Virus record (IMG/VR): IMGVR_UViG_3300037246_001990
Coordinates: 1 to 63,032 of that record
Strand: one strand, 5' to 3'
From: a virus
Taxonomy: Duplodnaviria > Caudoviricetes
DNA: 63,032 nucleotides
In this document: positions 17,895-28,146 of the stretch, piece by piece
Layout: every line of letters starts with the position of its first letter
Numbering within the stretch: the stretch's first letter is position 1
Made by a program: the position numbers and the translations under genes
The notes under the pieces: model-generated
Told to the model about the DNA's origin: nothing
Seen by the model: only the letters and a program-made list of their open reading frames with translations
The model's database searches: none

Positions 17895-19160
17895 ATGGAT
17901 ACCTCAGAAAGACTTAAGAATCTGATTGCTCAACATGTTCTCAAGTACAATTATTGGGGATATTTGTTTTCCAGAATACGAAGGGTATCGGATAAAAGAA
18001 CACCTTCTATTATGGGAGTAGGTCCGGAGAAGGATGGTACTATATCACTATATTACCATCCTGATCTAGTAGATAAAACTGCTGATGATCAAATCCTTAT
18101 AGTATTGGAACATGAGGGTATGCATCTTTTGAATCATCATATACCACGTGGAATGAAAGTCTACTACAATGAAACGGATATTCAACGAAGAGCAATCAAA
18201 ATGAATATTATGAACATAGCATCAGATTGTGCAGTTAATCAGCAGGCAAATATCAAAAATGATATTATCATAGATGGAAAACCTTGGAAGCCTCAGCTTC
18301 CAGAACGTCATGGAATGCCACCTGGAAAAGTTACTGAATGGTATTATCTTGAATTGCTTAAGAAAACAAAAGTAACAGAGATGCCATGTTATGCAGCAGG
18401 TGGTTTGGATAATCATGAAAAGTGGAGTAAAGCAGCAGGTGACTCTTCTGATCCAAGTGCTTTAGCAAGAAAGGTACAAAATAATGTACAGCGAATTGTT
18501 AGAGAGTCTGCAAAGACATTCAACAAAGATCGAGGAACCCTACCCTCTCATATTGCAAGTCTAATTGAAGATGCATTAAAACCGCCTAAAGCTCCATATT
18601 ATCAAATAATTAGGCGGTTGGTTAGAGGATCTAGATTAAGCAAGTTTAGAAGATCTCATACTAAAATCAATCGAAAGAGAACTTATGTATTTATGATTGG
18701 TGAGAAAGAACTTTCGATTCCAGAAATATCTCCGTTTCCAGGTCGGACTCGGGATTTTACATTTGATATTGCTGTATTGATTGATACATCTGGAAGTATG
18801 GGGAGAGATGAGCTTGCGGAAGCTTTGTCTGGTATTAAGAACATAATCGAAAATGACAAACATTGCAAAACGACAGTTTTAGAATGTGATGCTATAGTCC
18901 ATAAAGAGTATGTTGTTAAGAAGGTCAGGGATATTGATCCCAAACTAAAAGGTGGTGGAGGAACTACTATGGGTCCTGGTTTGATAAGAGCAAGAGAGTT
19001 AGGAGTCGATGTATGTCTTGGTTTTACAGATGGATACACTGAGAATATTAATGGAATACCTCGAAAACTTCTACCCAAGAAAATAATTTGGGTTGTATCA
19101 AAGGGAGGTAGTGTAGAAAGTCTGAATCGAACCGGATACGTAGTTAAGTTAGACACATGA
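17895..19160 (+). CDS. Metallopeptidase-like plus vWA domain protein (DUF2201-like), partner of the AAA+ ATPase
   Basis: HEGMHLL HExxH, NIASDCAVNQ, LIDTSGSM MIDAS, GGGGTT, FTDGY. Confidence 0.85.
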   Translation: MDTSERLKNLIAQHVLKYNYWGYLFSRIRRVSDKRTPSIMGVGPEKDGTISLYYHPDLVDKTADDQILIVLEHEGMHLLNHHIPRGMKVYYNETDIQRRAIKMNIMNIASDCAVNQQANIKNDIIIDGKPWKPQLPERHGMPPGKVTEWYYLELLKKTKVTEMPCYAAGGLDNHEKWSKAAGDSSDPSALARKVQNNVQRIVRESAKTFNKDRGTLPSHIASLIEDALKPPKAPYYQIIRRLVRGSRLSKFRRSHTKINRKRTYVFMIGEKELSIPEISPFPGRTRDFTFDIAVLIDTSGSMGRDELAEALSGIKNIIENDKHCKTTVLECDAIVHKEYVVKKVRDIDPKLKGGGGTTMGPGLIRARELGVDVCLGFTDGYTENINGIPRKLLPKKIIWVVSKGGSVESLNRTGYVVKLDT

Positions 19161-19342
19161 TTGAAAAGATATTAAAAATTCCCTGTGTTGTGTTTGTGTG
19201 GTATATGTATTTTGCATTAGTTGCACAAGCTATTAGCACAGGGAATATAAAATCATTAATTGTATCAATAGTGTGGTTGCTTGCAATATTGATGATATTC
19301 CCACCCTTTAGAAAAGGGAAGGAGGATTATGACAACATATAG
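19157..19342 (+). CDS. Small membrane protein
   Basis: Two hydrophobic segments; overlaps both neighbours. Confidence 0.55.
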   Translation: MIEKILKIPCVVFVWYMYFALVAQAISTGNIKSLIVSIVWLLAILMIFPPFRKGKEDYDNI

Positions 19343-21095
19343 TGCTAAAGATGTACGGGTTTTAAAAGAGGTTGAACACATTCGACTCGCTCCTGGTATG
19401 TATATAGGAGATACTACAAACCCAGTTCATCTTATTGAAGAAGCACTTGATAATGCTTTAGATGAGGCACTTGCAGGACACGCAAATATCATTGCTGTTT
19501 TAATTGATACAAAGAAAAATGAATTTGCAGTATTGGACAATGGTAGGGGTATCCCAATATCAAACGATACTCCTATCACTGTCTCATCAAAGTTATTCTC
19601 AGGAGCAAAATTTCAAGATAAAAAATCAGCATACGAAATTAGTTCAGGATTACACGGAGTTGGTTTGGTTGCTGTTAATGCTCTTAGCAAAGAGTATAAT
19701 GTAGAAATATTTAGAAACAATAAATATGCAAAGTATAAATTCATAGATGCAAAATTAAAGAAATCTGAAATACATAAATCTACACAAATTAGTCCGCCCT
19801 TCTCAACAAAAATTCAATTCATTCCTGATACAAAATTCTTTGAAACATTAACTCCAGATATAGATAGAATCAGAAGAAGATTATCAACAGCATCAGCAGA
19901 GATGGCAAGTCATATTCGATTTGTATTAACTCTTGATGATCAAACTGAAATATTTGCATTATCTAAAGAAGATAACTTCAAAAATATTTTAAAAGAAGAA
20001 ATAGTAATAATTTCCCTACAAACTGAAAAAGGTGCAGAAAAATTCGAAGTAATGTTTGGATATGAGGAAAAAGGAGCAATAACTCCAAAGATATTATCAT
20101 CAATAAATCTTCTTCCTGTTGATGGTGGGGGAACTCATTTAATAGCGTTCTATGATCTCCTCAAAGACTTTTTCTTAGCCAAAGCAAAAAAGTTTGGTTA
20201 TTCATTTCAACCAAATGATTGTTTAGTTGGATTGAGAGCATATATGATGTTAAGTCTTATCGAACCAAAATTCTCAGGACAAACAAAAGATAAATTAACA
20301 AATCGAAAGATATATTTCACGCCTTTTATCAATGCTCTTAAAACTCAACTGAATACATTAGAAGAGGAATTTATTAAAGAACTCCTTGAAAGATTTCAGG
20401 ATTATAGAAGAAAAATCGATGCAAAGAAATTAGTTAGAAATGGATCAACATCAAATAGAGCATCGACCAAGTTCACAAAACTGAGAGATTGTTCAAGTAG
20501 ATTAGGAGAGTTGTTTATTGTGGAAGGAGATTCAGCAGGAGGATCGATCATTCAATCAAGAGATCCTAGAATACATGCTGTGTTGCCTCTCAAGGGGAAG
20601 TCGATCCCGAACGTTACCGTGAAGAAACATGTGTTTGAGAATAAGGAATTATCTGAATTGATTAAAGCTCTAGGAACTGGAGTCGGTCCTCATTTCGATC
20701 TGTCAAAGTTACGATACTCTAAAATTATATGTGCCACAGATGCCGACTTCGACGGATATCATATAGCATGTTTAGTATCAATGGCGATGGCAGTTCTTCT
20801 TCCAGATATAGTTAAAGCAGGGAACTATTTTATTGCGAGCACTCCATTGTTTGCAATCACCGAAAAGAAATATTTTAAACCTTTATGGAATGAAGAAGAA
20901 TTAGAAAAAGCTCGAAAACATGGAAAAAACATTCAGCGCTTCAAGGGTTTGGGAGAGATGCAACCAGAACAGCTGAAGATTTCTTTATTAGATGAAGCAA
21001 CAAGACATTTAATGCCTGTTACTTATAGCGAAAATATGGATGATCTTATTAAATTATTTTCTAGCGCAACTGAGAAAAGGAGATTGGTTTCGTAA
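19329..21095 (+). CDS. Type IIA DNA topoisomerase ATPase/TOPRIM subunit (GyrB/ParE-like)
   Basis: EHIRLAPGMYIG, DNGRGIP, GLHGVG, VEGDSAGG, PLKGK, DADFDG, RFKGLGEM. Confidence 0.95.
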   Translation: MTTYSAKDVRVLKEVEHIRLAPGMYIGDTTNPVHLIEEALDNALDEALAGHANIIAVLIDTKKNEFAVLDNGRGIPISNDTPITVSSKLFSGAKFQDKKSAYEISSGLHGVGLVAVNALSKEYNVEIFRNNKYAKYKFIDAKLKKSEIHKSTQISPPFSTKIQFIPDTKFFETLTPDIDRIRRRLSTASAEMASHIRFVLTLDDQTEIFALSKEDNFKNILKEEIVIISLQTEKGAEKFEVMFGYEEKGAITPKILSSINLLPVDGGGTHLIAFYDLLKDFFLAKAKKFGYSFQPNDCLVGLRAYMMLSLIEPKFSGQTKDKLTNRKIYFTPFINALKTQLNTLEEEFIKELLERFQDYRRKIDAKKLVRNGSTSNRASTKFTKLRDCSSRLGELFIVEGDSAGGSIIQSRDPRIHAVLPLKGKSIPNVTVKKHVFENKELSELIKALGTGVGPHFDLSKLRYSKIICATDADFDGYHIACLVSMAMAVLLPDIVKAGNYFIASTPLFAITEKKYFKPLWNEEELEKARKHGKNIQRFKGLGEMQPEQLKISLLDEATRHLMPVTYSENMDDLIKLFSSATEKRRLVS

Positions 21096-21124
21096 AGAAA
21101 AATAAAATTAAGGAGGACTAACAT

Positions 21125-21292
21125 TTGGAAGAATATAAAATCACTAAAGATCAAATAGAGACAATCGTTAATGCGGGATATAGAGTATGGGATCATTTGA
21201 ATGGAAAAGAAATAGATCTTGAGCCTGTATTTTATATAGAAGAAATACAAAATACTCTAGTTGATGTTTTGCAGAAGCCATTAGATCGATAA
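21125..21292 (+). CDS. Small hypothetical protein (55 aa)
   Basis: TTG start after AGGAGG; MEEYKITKDQIETIVNAGYRVWD... Confidence 0.5.
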   Translation: MEEYKITKDQIETIVNAGYRVWDHLNGKEIDLEPVFYIEEIQNTLVDVLQKPLDR

Positions 21293-21306
21293 AAGGACTA
21301 TAAATT

Positions 21307-22263
21307 ATGGATACTAATACTTTTAAAGAATCATTAAAAAGAATTGATAAAGATAAATCAATTAGTAAAGAGTTATTAAAATACTGTAGGTTAAAGTATG
21401 GAGATATATGGACTGATGAAAAAACTGGTCATAAAGTTGGATGCTTAGATGCATCATCAAAAAGAGATATTAAAAAAATAATGTTGGATGAAAAGGCATC
21501 TTTAGGAATTCAAGACCCTCCATATAACTTTATTGCATTAGAAGAAAAAGAATTAAAAAAATTCATTTCTTGGTGTAACAAATGGATCGATAATACTTAT
21601 AATTCATTACAAACTAATGCAAGTTTATATATATGGTTAGGAGCTGATCAGAAAAATTGGTTTTCTCCACTTCCTGAATTTATGATAATGATGAAAAATT
21701 ATGGTAAATTTATCTCAAAATCTTTTATTACTATGAGAAATCAAAGAGGATATGGAACACAAAAAAATTGGATGAGTGTTAGACAGGAATGTCTTTATTA
21801 TATAAAAGGACAACCAGAATTTAAAGTTATATACACTGATATGCCAAAAGTTTTAAAAGGATATTTCAAAGCAATATCAGGGGAAAAAGTTGAAAACATT
21901 AGAAGAAGTAAATCAACAAATATAAGACCTGGAAACGTATGGTTTGATATTCAACAAGTTTTTTATAAAATGAAAGAAAACGTTCCTGGTTGCTTTTTAC
22001 AAAAACCTATAAAAGCAATAGAACGTATAATTATGGCAAGCTCTTCAACAAATGACTTAATTGTAGATTTTTTCTCACACTCTGGTACTACTTTAATTGC
22101 AGCAGAAAATTTAAACCGAAGGTGTTACACTTTAGATATAGATCCAATCTTTTGTGAAATAACTATAAGAAGATTAGAGCATTTAAGAAACACAGGTGAA
22201 GACGGTTGGCAAACAAAAAATCCATTTGAAGGGGCTAAGAAGGGTGATTTATTAACTTGTTAG
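21307..22263 (+). CDS. N6-adenine/N4-cytosine DNA methyltransferase (beta class)
   Basis: Catalytic DPPY precedes QKP and the SAM-binding motif DFFSHSGTT. Confidence 0.9.
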   Translation: MDTNTFKESLKRIDKDKSISKELLKYCRLKYGDIWTDEKTGHKVGCLDASSKRDIKKIMLDEKASLGIQDPPYNFIALEEKELKKFISWCNKWIDNTYNSLQTNASLYIWLGADQKNWFSPLPEFMIMMKNYGKFISKSFITMRNQRGYGTQKNWMSVRQECLYYIKGQPEFKVIYTDMPKVLKGYFKAISGEKVENIRRSKSTNIRPGNVWFDIQQVFYKMKENVPGCFLQKPIKAIERIIMASSSTNDLIVDFFSHSGTTLIAAENLNRRCYTLDIDPIFCEITIRRLEHLRNTGEDGWQTKNPFEGAKKGDLLTC

Positions 22264-22275
22264 CAGTGAATAAAT

Positions 22276-22977
22276 ATGAATCAACTATTGGAACACATAA
22301 ATATCTTATTATCTAAGACTAAGCTGGATATACCTAAAAACAATGAAAATGTTTTTCCATTTAATTATATTGAATTTACATTCTGTTATCTTTTAGAAAA
22401 GAATATAATAAGCTTTGACGAATATTTGGAAATAAGAAATGATTATATCTCTAGAAATGTATATTTACATTTATATAATCTAGGACCAGCTGCTTTTGGT
22501 GTTTCTTGGGCACAACCACATATCTCTGATCTTTCTGATGATATAACCAAACCATCAAAAAAATTAGATCCAGAGTTTAGTAGCAATTATGATTTATTTC
22601 ATTGTCGTAGTAAAAAAAGAATAGAAATAAAAGCAGGAAGATTGACAGCTAGAGATAACAGCAAAAATACATCTATTTCTGAAAGAGCAATGACATTTGA
22701 TGATGCTTATAATAACAAGAAAGAATTTTGGACAAACTATCAACAGATATATTTTGGAATGTCTGATATAACAATTTTAATACTAGTTTGTACGGATGTT
22801 ATAAAATATTTAGCTTTTCAAAGCATTACACTCGAAGAAAATCAATTTATGAAGGGTTTTCAACATAGAGGAAATAAAGGAGAGGGTCAATTATGGATAG
22901 ATAATGATACCTTCCCTTCATTTTACAAATTATTTATGGATAAAGATCAATTATTAAATTATATAAATTCTTTATAG
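22276..22977 (+). CDS. Probable type II restriction endonuclease (PD-(D/E)xK)
   Basis: YDLF...RIEIKAGR, NYQQI; directly downstream of the MTase. Confidence 0.6.
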   Translation: MNQLLEHINILLSKTKLDIPKNNENVFPFNYIEFTFCYLLEKNIISFDEYLEIRNDYISRNVYLHLYNLGPAAFGVSWAQPHISDLSDDITKPSKKLDPEFSSNYDLFHCRSKKRIEIKAGRLTARDNSKNTSISERAMTFDDAYNNKKEFWTNYQQIYFGMSDITILILVCTDVIKYLAFQSITLEENQFMKGFQHRGNKGEGQLWIDNDTFPSFYKLFMDKDQLLNYINSL

Positions 22978-23018
22978 TAAATACAAAATATCTATCAAGG
23001 ACACACAAAAGAAAGAAT

Positions 23019-23198
23019 ATGCGAATGAAGAAAAAAAGACAACGAAAAAATTGTCCACAATGTATTTATTTGGCTGGATTGGCAGGCGGTACATGTGCAA
23101 AGAATCCAGAAAGAGACATATATACTATTCATACATTACCAGAAGAACCAAAAGAACGTGAATGGTGTACAGACATGAAAAAGAGGAAAGTAAAATGA
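23019..23198 (+). CDS. Small Cys-containing hypothetical protein (59 aa)
   Basis: MRMKKKRQRKNCPQC...; stop overlaps next ATG (ATGA). Confidence 0.45.
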   Translation: MRMKKKRQRKNCPQCIYLAGLAGGTCAKNPERDIYTIHTLPEEPKEREWCTDMKKRKVK

Positions 23199-23392
23199 CA
23201 GACTTCGCTATAAAGGATAGATGTGATAAATGTGGTAGTGTAGATGATTTGGAAGGAATTATATATCCAAACATTCTTGCAAGTAATAATCTTAATATAG
23301 AACACGCTACATTATGTCCTGAATGTCATGAAGGTTTCGAAAGGTTTTTAGAAGAAAAAAGGAAAGAATATGAGAAAGAAAACCATAACTAA
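23195..23392 (+). CDS. Small zinc-ribbon protein
   Basis: CDKC...CPEC; start at MTDFAIK. Confidence 0.6.
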   Translation: MTDFAIKDRCDKCGSVDDLEGIIYPNILASNNLNIEHATLCPECHEGFERFLEEKRKEYEKENHN

Positions 23393-23537
23393 AGATTGTC
23401 CATCGTGTAATGATATGAAAATCAATGACGACAATGAATTTGAATGTTCTTGGGGAAATTCTAAAGAGATAAAAATTCTCAAAAATCCTAAAGGCAGAAT
23501 TAAAATCTGTAAGCTTATAAGTATAAAGGAAGACTAA
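23370..23537 (+). CDS. Small Cys-containing hypothetical protein (55 aa)
   Basis: MRKKTITKDCPSC...; fills the gap before 23539. Confidence 0.45.
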   Translation: MRKKTITKDCPSCNDMKINDDNEFECSWGNSKEIKILKNPKGRIKICKLISIKED

Positions 23538-23538
23538 G

Positions 23539-23952
23539 ATGGGAACTAGAGCGGATTTTTATATTGGTGTAAGAGATCCTAAATGGATTGGTAGTCTAAC
23601 TCATGATGGATTTTCTTGGAATATTCCATGTAAGGTTTTAATTCAAGTTAATGAAACTATGTATGAGGAAATTGTAATTAAATATCTTAAAATGAATAAA
23701 GAACATAGTATAATTCGATCTGAAGGTTATGATTGGCCATGGCCATGGGAAGACAGTCAGCTAACTGACTACTCATATTTCTTAAGTCGAGCATATGGAA
23801 AAGTATATACATATTCTGCTCATGATAAAATCATGTTCGATCCTCTTAGAATTATGCAAGGAGAAGATCTAGATTCAGCAAGAGTATATATAAGTCCAAC
23901 ATTTCCAAAAATGGGAGTAAACTATGGATCAAAAATTACCAACCCTCTATAA
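23539..23952 (+). CDS. Hypothetical phage protein
   Basis: MGTRADFY...HDG...WPWPW..DYSY. Confidence 0.65.
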   Translation: MGTRADFYIGVRDPKWIGSLTHDGFSWNIPCKVLIQVNETMYEEIVIKYLKMNKEHSIIRSEGYDWPWPWEDSQLTDYSYFLSRAYGKVYTYSAHDKIMFDPLRIMQGEDLDSARVYISPTFPKMGVNYGSKITNPL

Positions 23953-25225
23953 AGAATATGGACAGTATTCAAACTATAGAAATTTTCCATTGGATTTAGA
24001 TGGATTGAAACCTGTAGAAAGAAGAGTCTTATTCTCAGCGTATAAAATTGCGAGAAATAAACTTGCAATATGTAGAAAGGTTGATTCATATACAACTGGT
24101 AACTTTCATCCACATGGAGAATGTTATGGAACTATAGTTCAGTTAGTTAAACAAGGGTTTCTTACTGGACAAGGAAACTTCGGTTCAAATGTTGGAGTAG
24201 AATCAACAGGCGCTGCTGCACCAAGATATACTCAATGCAGATTAAACACACGAACATTAGAATTGGCATTTAAATACATTAAATATGTACAATGGGTTGA
24301 AACAGAATTAGAAGATACAGAACCACTATACCTTCCAACTATGTATCCAATTTGTTTATTAGGGAATGAACCAACTCAAGGAATTGGGTTTGGATATAAA
24401 ACATACATCCCTTGCTATACAGCAGAAGATCTACAAAAAAGGTTACTATGGTTACTCGGAATCAGAAAACGAAAACCAATTATTATTCCAATAACAGATT
24501 GTAATATAACATCAACTCCAGAAGAGTTAGATCAGTTATTAACCACAGGTAAAGCTAAGATTACTGTTGAAGGTATTATAGAAATAAATCAACGAAATAA
24601 CACAGTAACATTAAAATCTTGGCCACCAGGAAAAAGATTTGAATCTTTTCTTAATAAATTCTCAAAAGAATTATCAGATGGTCTTATAGGATTTAGAGAT
24701 GCATCTGTAACTCATACTGAAATTATATTTCAGGTATTGAGAGAAAGAAATCGAGATAAAATCTTTAATGAATTTATTGAAAAATTAAGAGATGTTATAA
24801 AAGGAAGTATCTCATTTGAAACAATTGTTGTTGAGGTTGATCGTAAAGTTATTTACAGTTCAATAGACGATTTACTTCTAAATACATTTAAAATGTTTAG
24901 AGAAGCAAACGAAAGAATGCTTGTAGAAGAAAAAGAACGAATATTAAATATTATAGAAGAGTACCTCACACTAGAACTGATAAGAAAACCATTGAGTGAT
25001 TGTTTGAAAGCTGAATATGATATTGAGGCAACTCTTGACGAGATTACGAAAACAACAGCTGTACAGAGAGAAGTAGCATATGAACTAATTAAAAAATATA
25101 GAATTATGAAGTTACTTACTCTAAATACTGATACAACTGAATTAAATAGCCAATTAAAAAGCATAGAAGATAATTTAAAAAATATTTCAGAATTTGTACT
25201 AGACCAATATGGAGGATTTAAGTAA
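23924..25225 (+). CDS. Type IIA DNA topoisomerase breakage-reunion subunit (GyrA/ParC-like, lacking C-terminal domain)
   Basis: DGLKPVERR, HPHGE, GQGNFGS, AAAPRYT catalytic Tyr, GIGFGY; only 433 aa. Confidence 0.93.
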   Translation: MDQKLPTLYKEYGQYSNYRNFPLDLDGLKPVERRVLFSAYKIARNKLAICRKVDSYTTGNFHPHGECYGTIVQLVKQGFLTGQGNFGSNVGVESTGAAAPRYTQCRLNTRTLELAFKYIKYVQWVETELEDTEPLYLPTMYPICLLGNEPTQGIGFGYKTYIPCYTAEDLQKRLLWLLGIRKRKPIIIPITDCNITSTPEELDQLLTTGKAKITVEGIIEINQRNNTVTLKSWPPGKRFESFLNKFSKELSDGLIGFRDASVTHTEIIFQVLRERNRDKIFNEFIEKLRDVIKGSISFETIVVEVDRKVIYSSIDDLLLNTFKMFREANERMLVEEKERILNIIEEYLTLELIRKPLSDCLKAEYDIEATLDEITKTTAVQREVAYELIKKYRIMKLLTLNTDTTELNSQLKSIEDNLKNISEFVLDQYGGFK

Positions 25226-25650
25226 TGTTTTATTTAAAAAGACATTTTACATTTGCAGGAGGTCATAGATTGAGTAAACATAAAGGAAGATGTTTCTCAA
25301 TTCATGGCCATAATTACGACGTATGGGTGACAGTTAAATCGCCAAAATTAAATGAAAATGATATGGTTATGGATTTTTCAGATTTGAAAAAACATGTTGA
25401 TCCCATCATAGATGAATTTGATCATTGTTTAGTAGTCAATGAATGTGATCAAGAACTTGTAGAACCTTTTAAAAAGAAAGGTATGAGAGTAATGGTGTTG
25501 GGAGATTATGATCCCACAGCAGAATCTATGGCCGTACACATCTTTGTTCTTCTTAATAATATTTTTATAAGAAACTACAATGATATATCAGTTGATCAAA
25601 TTGAAGTCTTTGAAAACGCCAAATCCTCGGCCATATATCGTGGGGACTAA
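25225..25650 (+). CDS. queD: 6-carboxy-5,6,7,8-tetrahydropterin synthase
   Basis: GHRL...CFSIHGHNY, MVMDFSDLK, FDH, PTAE. Confidence 0.9.
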   Translation: MFYLKRHFTFAGGHRLSKHKGRCFSIHGHNYDVWVTVKSPKLNENDMVMDFSDLKKHVDPIIDEFDHCLVVNECDQELVEPFKKKGMRVMVLGDYDPTAESMAVHIFVLLNNIFIRNYNDISVDQIEVFENAKSSAIYRGD

Positions 25651-27057
25651 ATGGAGACTTTCGAACTTATAAGAAGATCCGGACTTTTAATACCTAGGAA
25701 ATATCAGAATACTAATGAGTATGTTGAAGTGAAACAATCATTAGAACGTAGAACCAAAGCATACAACACTTCAGATTTTACAATAAATAAATTTTATATA
25801 GAGTCTGAAAAGTTTCTTTTAGTTCCTAGGTATTTTCCAATCAAGCAATATTTTAATTCGTATAGTATGAAGAATATGATGAATGAAGGGGAAGAGATTC
25901 ATATAAATCATACCATAAAATCAAGAAGTAAATCACAAGAAAAAGCAATGGAGTTTATGTTAAATCATGAACGAGGTATATTGAAATTAGCACCAGGAGT
26001 TGGAAAGACAGTTGTTTCAATATATATGATTGCTGAACGAAAACGAAAGGCGATTGTTTTAGTTCATAGAGATCCATTAGCAAAACAATGGAGAAATCGA
26101 TTCTTACAATTTACTGATTTAAAAGAAGATGATATTGCAAGATTAACTACCCCAACATTCAAAAATGATCTCAAGAAACCAATAATTATTTCTACAGTTC
26201 AAACATTCAGATCATTAGTCAATAGGAAACCCAAAGAGTTTTTAACTCATTTAAATGATGCGGGTATAGGTGTATTAGTCGCGGATGAGGTTCACACATC
26301 AATTGGCGCTCCAAAGTTATCTGAATGTTCAATTCATATTCCATCAAGATACACATATGGTTTGAGTGCAACTCCAGATAGATATGATGGAAATGGAGAT
26401 ATAATTGAATTTCATCTTGGTAATATATTTTCTGATGATGATGTTGAAGGGACAATGCCTGCAAAAGTTACAGTTATCCTATTGGATTATCAAATAGATA
26501 CACCCCGCAGACATAAGTATATACATTGGGGTGGCGATTTTCAGCGAGCAAGATATCTCAATCTAATAAAAAAATCAACGCCCTTCAGGGAAGCAATGAG
26601 GGGGTTGTTGGCGCGTTTAAACAATAGAAATCTCATCTGTATGGCAGAAAGAATTAAATTAATTGAGGAATTATACGATGAAACTCAATCGGATAGTAAA
26701 GCAAAATTCTGTGGTAAAGGTGACTTAGATACTTTAGATTACAAACTCACATTTGCAACACCAGGCAAATGTCGAGATGGAATTGATGCTCCTTGGAAGG
26801 ACTCTATAATAATGACTTCTCCAATATCTAATATTGAACAATTAGCTGGAAGAATTAATCGAATTAGTCCTGAAAAGAAAACTCCAATAATTCTTGATAT
26901 GGTTGATTTTGGCTGTCAACGAATCGCCAGAACATTTTGGGGAAGAAAAAAGTTTTATGAAAACAAACAATGGCCAGTACGTTATTTTCTATTTGCGAAT
27001 AACGAATTGAAACCATTGGATGACGATGAAGCAATAAAAATAATAGGCGGTGAATAA
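25651..27057 (+). CDS. Superfamily 2 helicase (UvsW/XPB-like)
   Basis: APGVGKT, DEVH, GLSATP, GIDAP, QLAGRINR. Confidence 0.9.
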   Translation: METFELIRRSGLLIPRKYQNTNEYVEVKQSLERRTKAYNTSDFTINKFYIESEKFLLVPRYFPIKQYFNSYSMKNMMNEGEEIHINHTIKSRSKSQEKAMEFMLNHERGILKLAPGVGKTVVSIYMIAERKRKAIVLVHRDPLAKQWRNRFLQFTDLKEDDIARLTTPTFKNDLKKPIIISTVQTFRSLVNRKPKEFLTHLNDAGIGVLVADEVHTSIGAPKLSECSIHIPSRYTYGLSATPDRYDGNGDIIEFHLGNIFSDDDVEGTMPAKVTVILLDYQIDTPRRHKYIHWGGDFQRARYLNLIKKSTPFREAMRGLLARLNNRNLICMAERIKLIEELYDETQSDSKAKFCGKGDLDTLDYKLTFATPGKCRDGIDAPWKDSIIMTSPISNIEQLAGRINRISPEKKTPIILDMVDFGCQRIARTFWGRKKFYENKQWPVRYFLFANNELKPLDDDEAIKIIGGE

Positions 27058-27425
27058 TGAAAGTAAAACTAGATTTTATAACCAATAGTAGCACAACTTG
27101 TTTCGTTATTATGGGAGCAAGAATTAAACCAACTGATATACCAGAACAACTGGTAAAAAGTATTGAAGAAAAAGAAAATATAACTCTTCACGATCCAACC
27201 GAATGGGATTACATTGAAACTTTTATTAAAGGAAGTGATCTCGCATGTTCATATGGAGAAGATTATGATTATCGAGAAGAAGTTATGGTTGGTATTCCTT
27301 TTACTGCAATGAAAGATGATGAAACATTAGCACAATTAAAATCAAGATCTCAGTTGCAAATTTTAGAACACACAGGAATTAAAACTAGTGTATATTACAT
27401 TGAAGAGGCATGGAGAGATGGTTAA
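27057..27425 (+). CDS. DFxTNSS-leader family protein 1
   Basis: N-terminus MKVKLDFITNSSTT. Confidence 0.75.
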   Translation: MKVKLDFITNSSTTCFVIMGARIKPTDIPEQLVKSIEEKENITLHDPTEWDYIETFIKGSDLACSYGEDYDYREEVMVGIPFTAMKDDETLAQLKSRSQLQILEHTGIKTSVYYIEEAWRDG

Positions 27426-27811
27426 TGAAAATAAAACTTGATTTCATAACTAATAGCAGTTCAACTGCATATGTAGTCATGATACCTGATAATTTTAATG
27501 TTGTCGAATCTTTAGCTAAGATTTTAAATACAAATAGTTATCAAGATGATCTATATGAATATTGTGATGATGATGAACCAAAATTTATTGAACAGATTTC
27601 TGAGAATATTTCAAATCTAATAAACGGTGAAGATCTTTGGGGTTATGATACACCTTGTTTTTCTACAACACAAGAGATATTAGAAAAAGAAGATCTTATA
27701 ATTGCTTCTGTAGATATTTCATCAGATGGAGATGGTCAGATTACACCAGCAAATACAAAAATAATTAAAAAATTACAACAAAGGTTTGAAAATAATGAAA
27801 ATAAAACTTGA
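27425..27811 (+). CDS. DFxTNSS-leader family protein 2
   Basis: N-terminus MKIKLDFITNSSST; start reassigned to ATG 27425 (TAATG overlap). Confidence 0.75.
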   Translation: MKIKLDFITNSSSTAYVVMIPDNFNVVESLAKILNTNSYQDDLYEYCDDDEPKFIEQISENISNLINGEDLWGYDTPCFSTTQEILEKEDLIIASVDISSDGDGQITPANTKIIKKLQQRFENNENKT

Positions 27812-28142
27812 TTTTATAACCAACAGCAGCTCAACTGCATTTATGATCCAAAATACATCTGATAAAACTTTGAATCTAACTGATTTTGCAAAAGAAAATA
27901 TGCAGCTTTTAGATGATTATTTAAATGAATATGATTGGAACAAAGTAAACCCAAGATATACATCTATAAGACTTTTAGAATCAGCTGCAATGAACAATAT
28001 AGAGTTTAAATCAGGAGTAGAAAAATATTGTATTTTTGGAGATGAAGATGGATCAGTGATTGGAGCAGTTTATGATTATATGTTAAGAGGAGGAGGAAAA
28101 TCCAAAAACTTTACATGGTCGTTTCGAGAATACTTAAGGTAA
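27795..28142 (+). CDS. DFxTNSS-leader family protein 3
   Basis: N-terminus MKIKLDFITNSSST; start reassigned to ATG 27795. Confidence 0.75.
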   Translation: MKIKLDFITNSSSTAFMIQNTSDKTLNLTDFAKENMQLLDDYLNEYDWNKVNPRYTSIRLLESAAMNNIEFKSGVEKYCIFGDEDGSVIGAVYDYMLRGGGKSKNFTWSFREYLR

Positions 28143-28146
28143 TAAT

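Noticed and set aside
21243-22990. 12-nt direct repeat AAATACAAAATA flanking the R-M pair as a target-site duplication
   Set aside because: Low-complexity A-rich match in an AT-rich genome, and the first copy lies inside an intact small ORF
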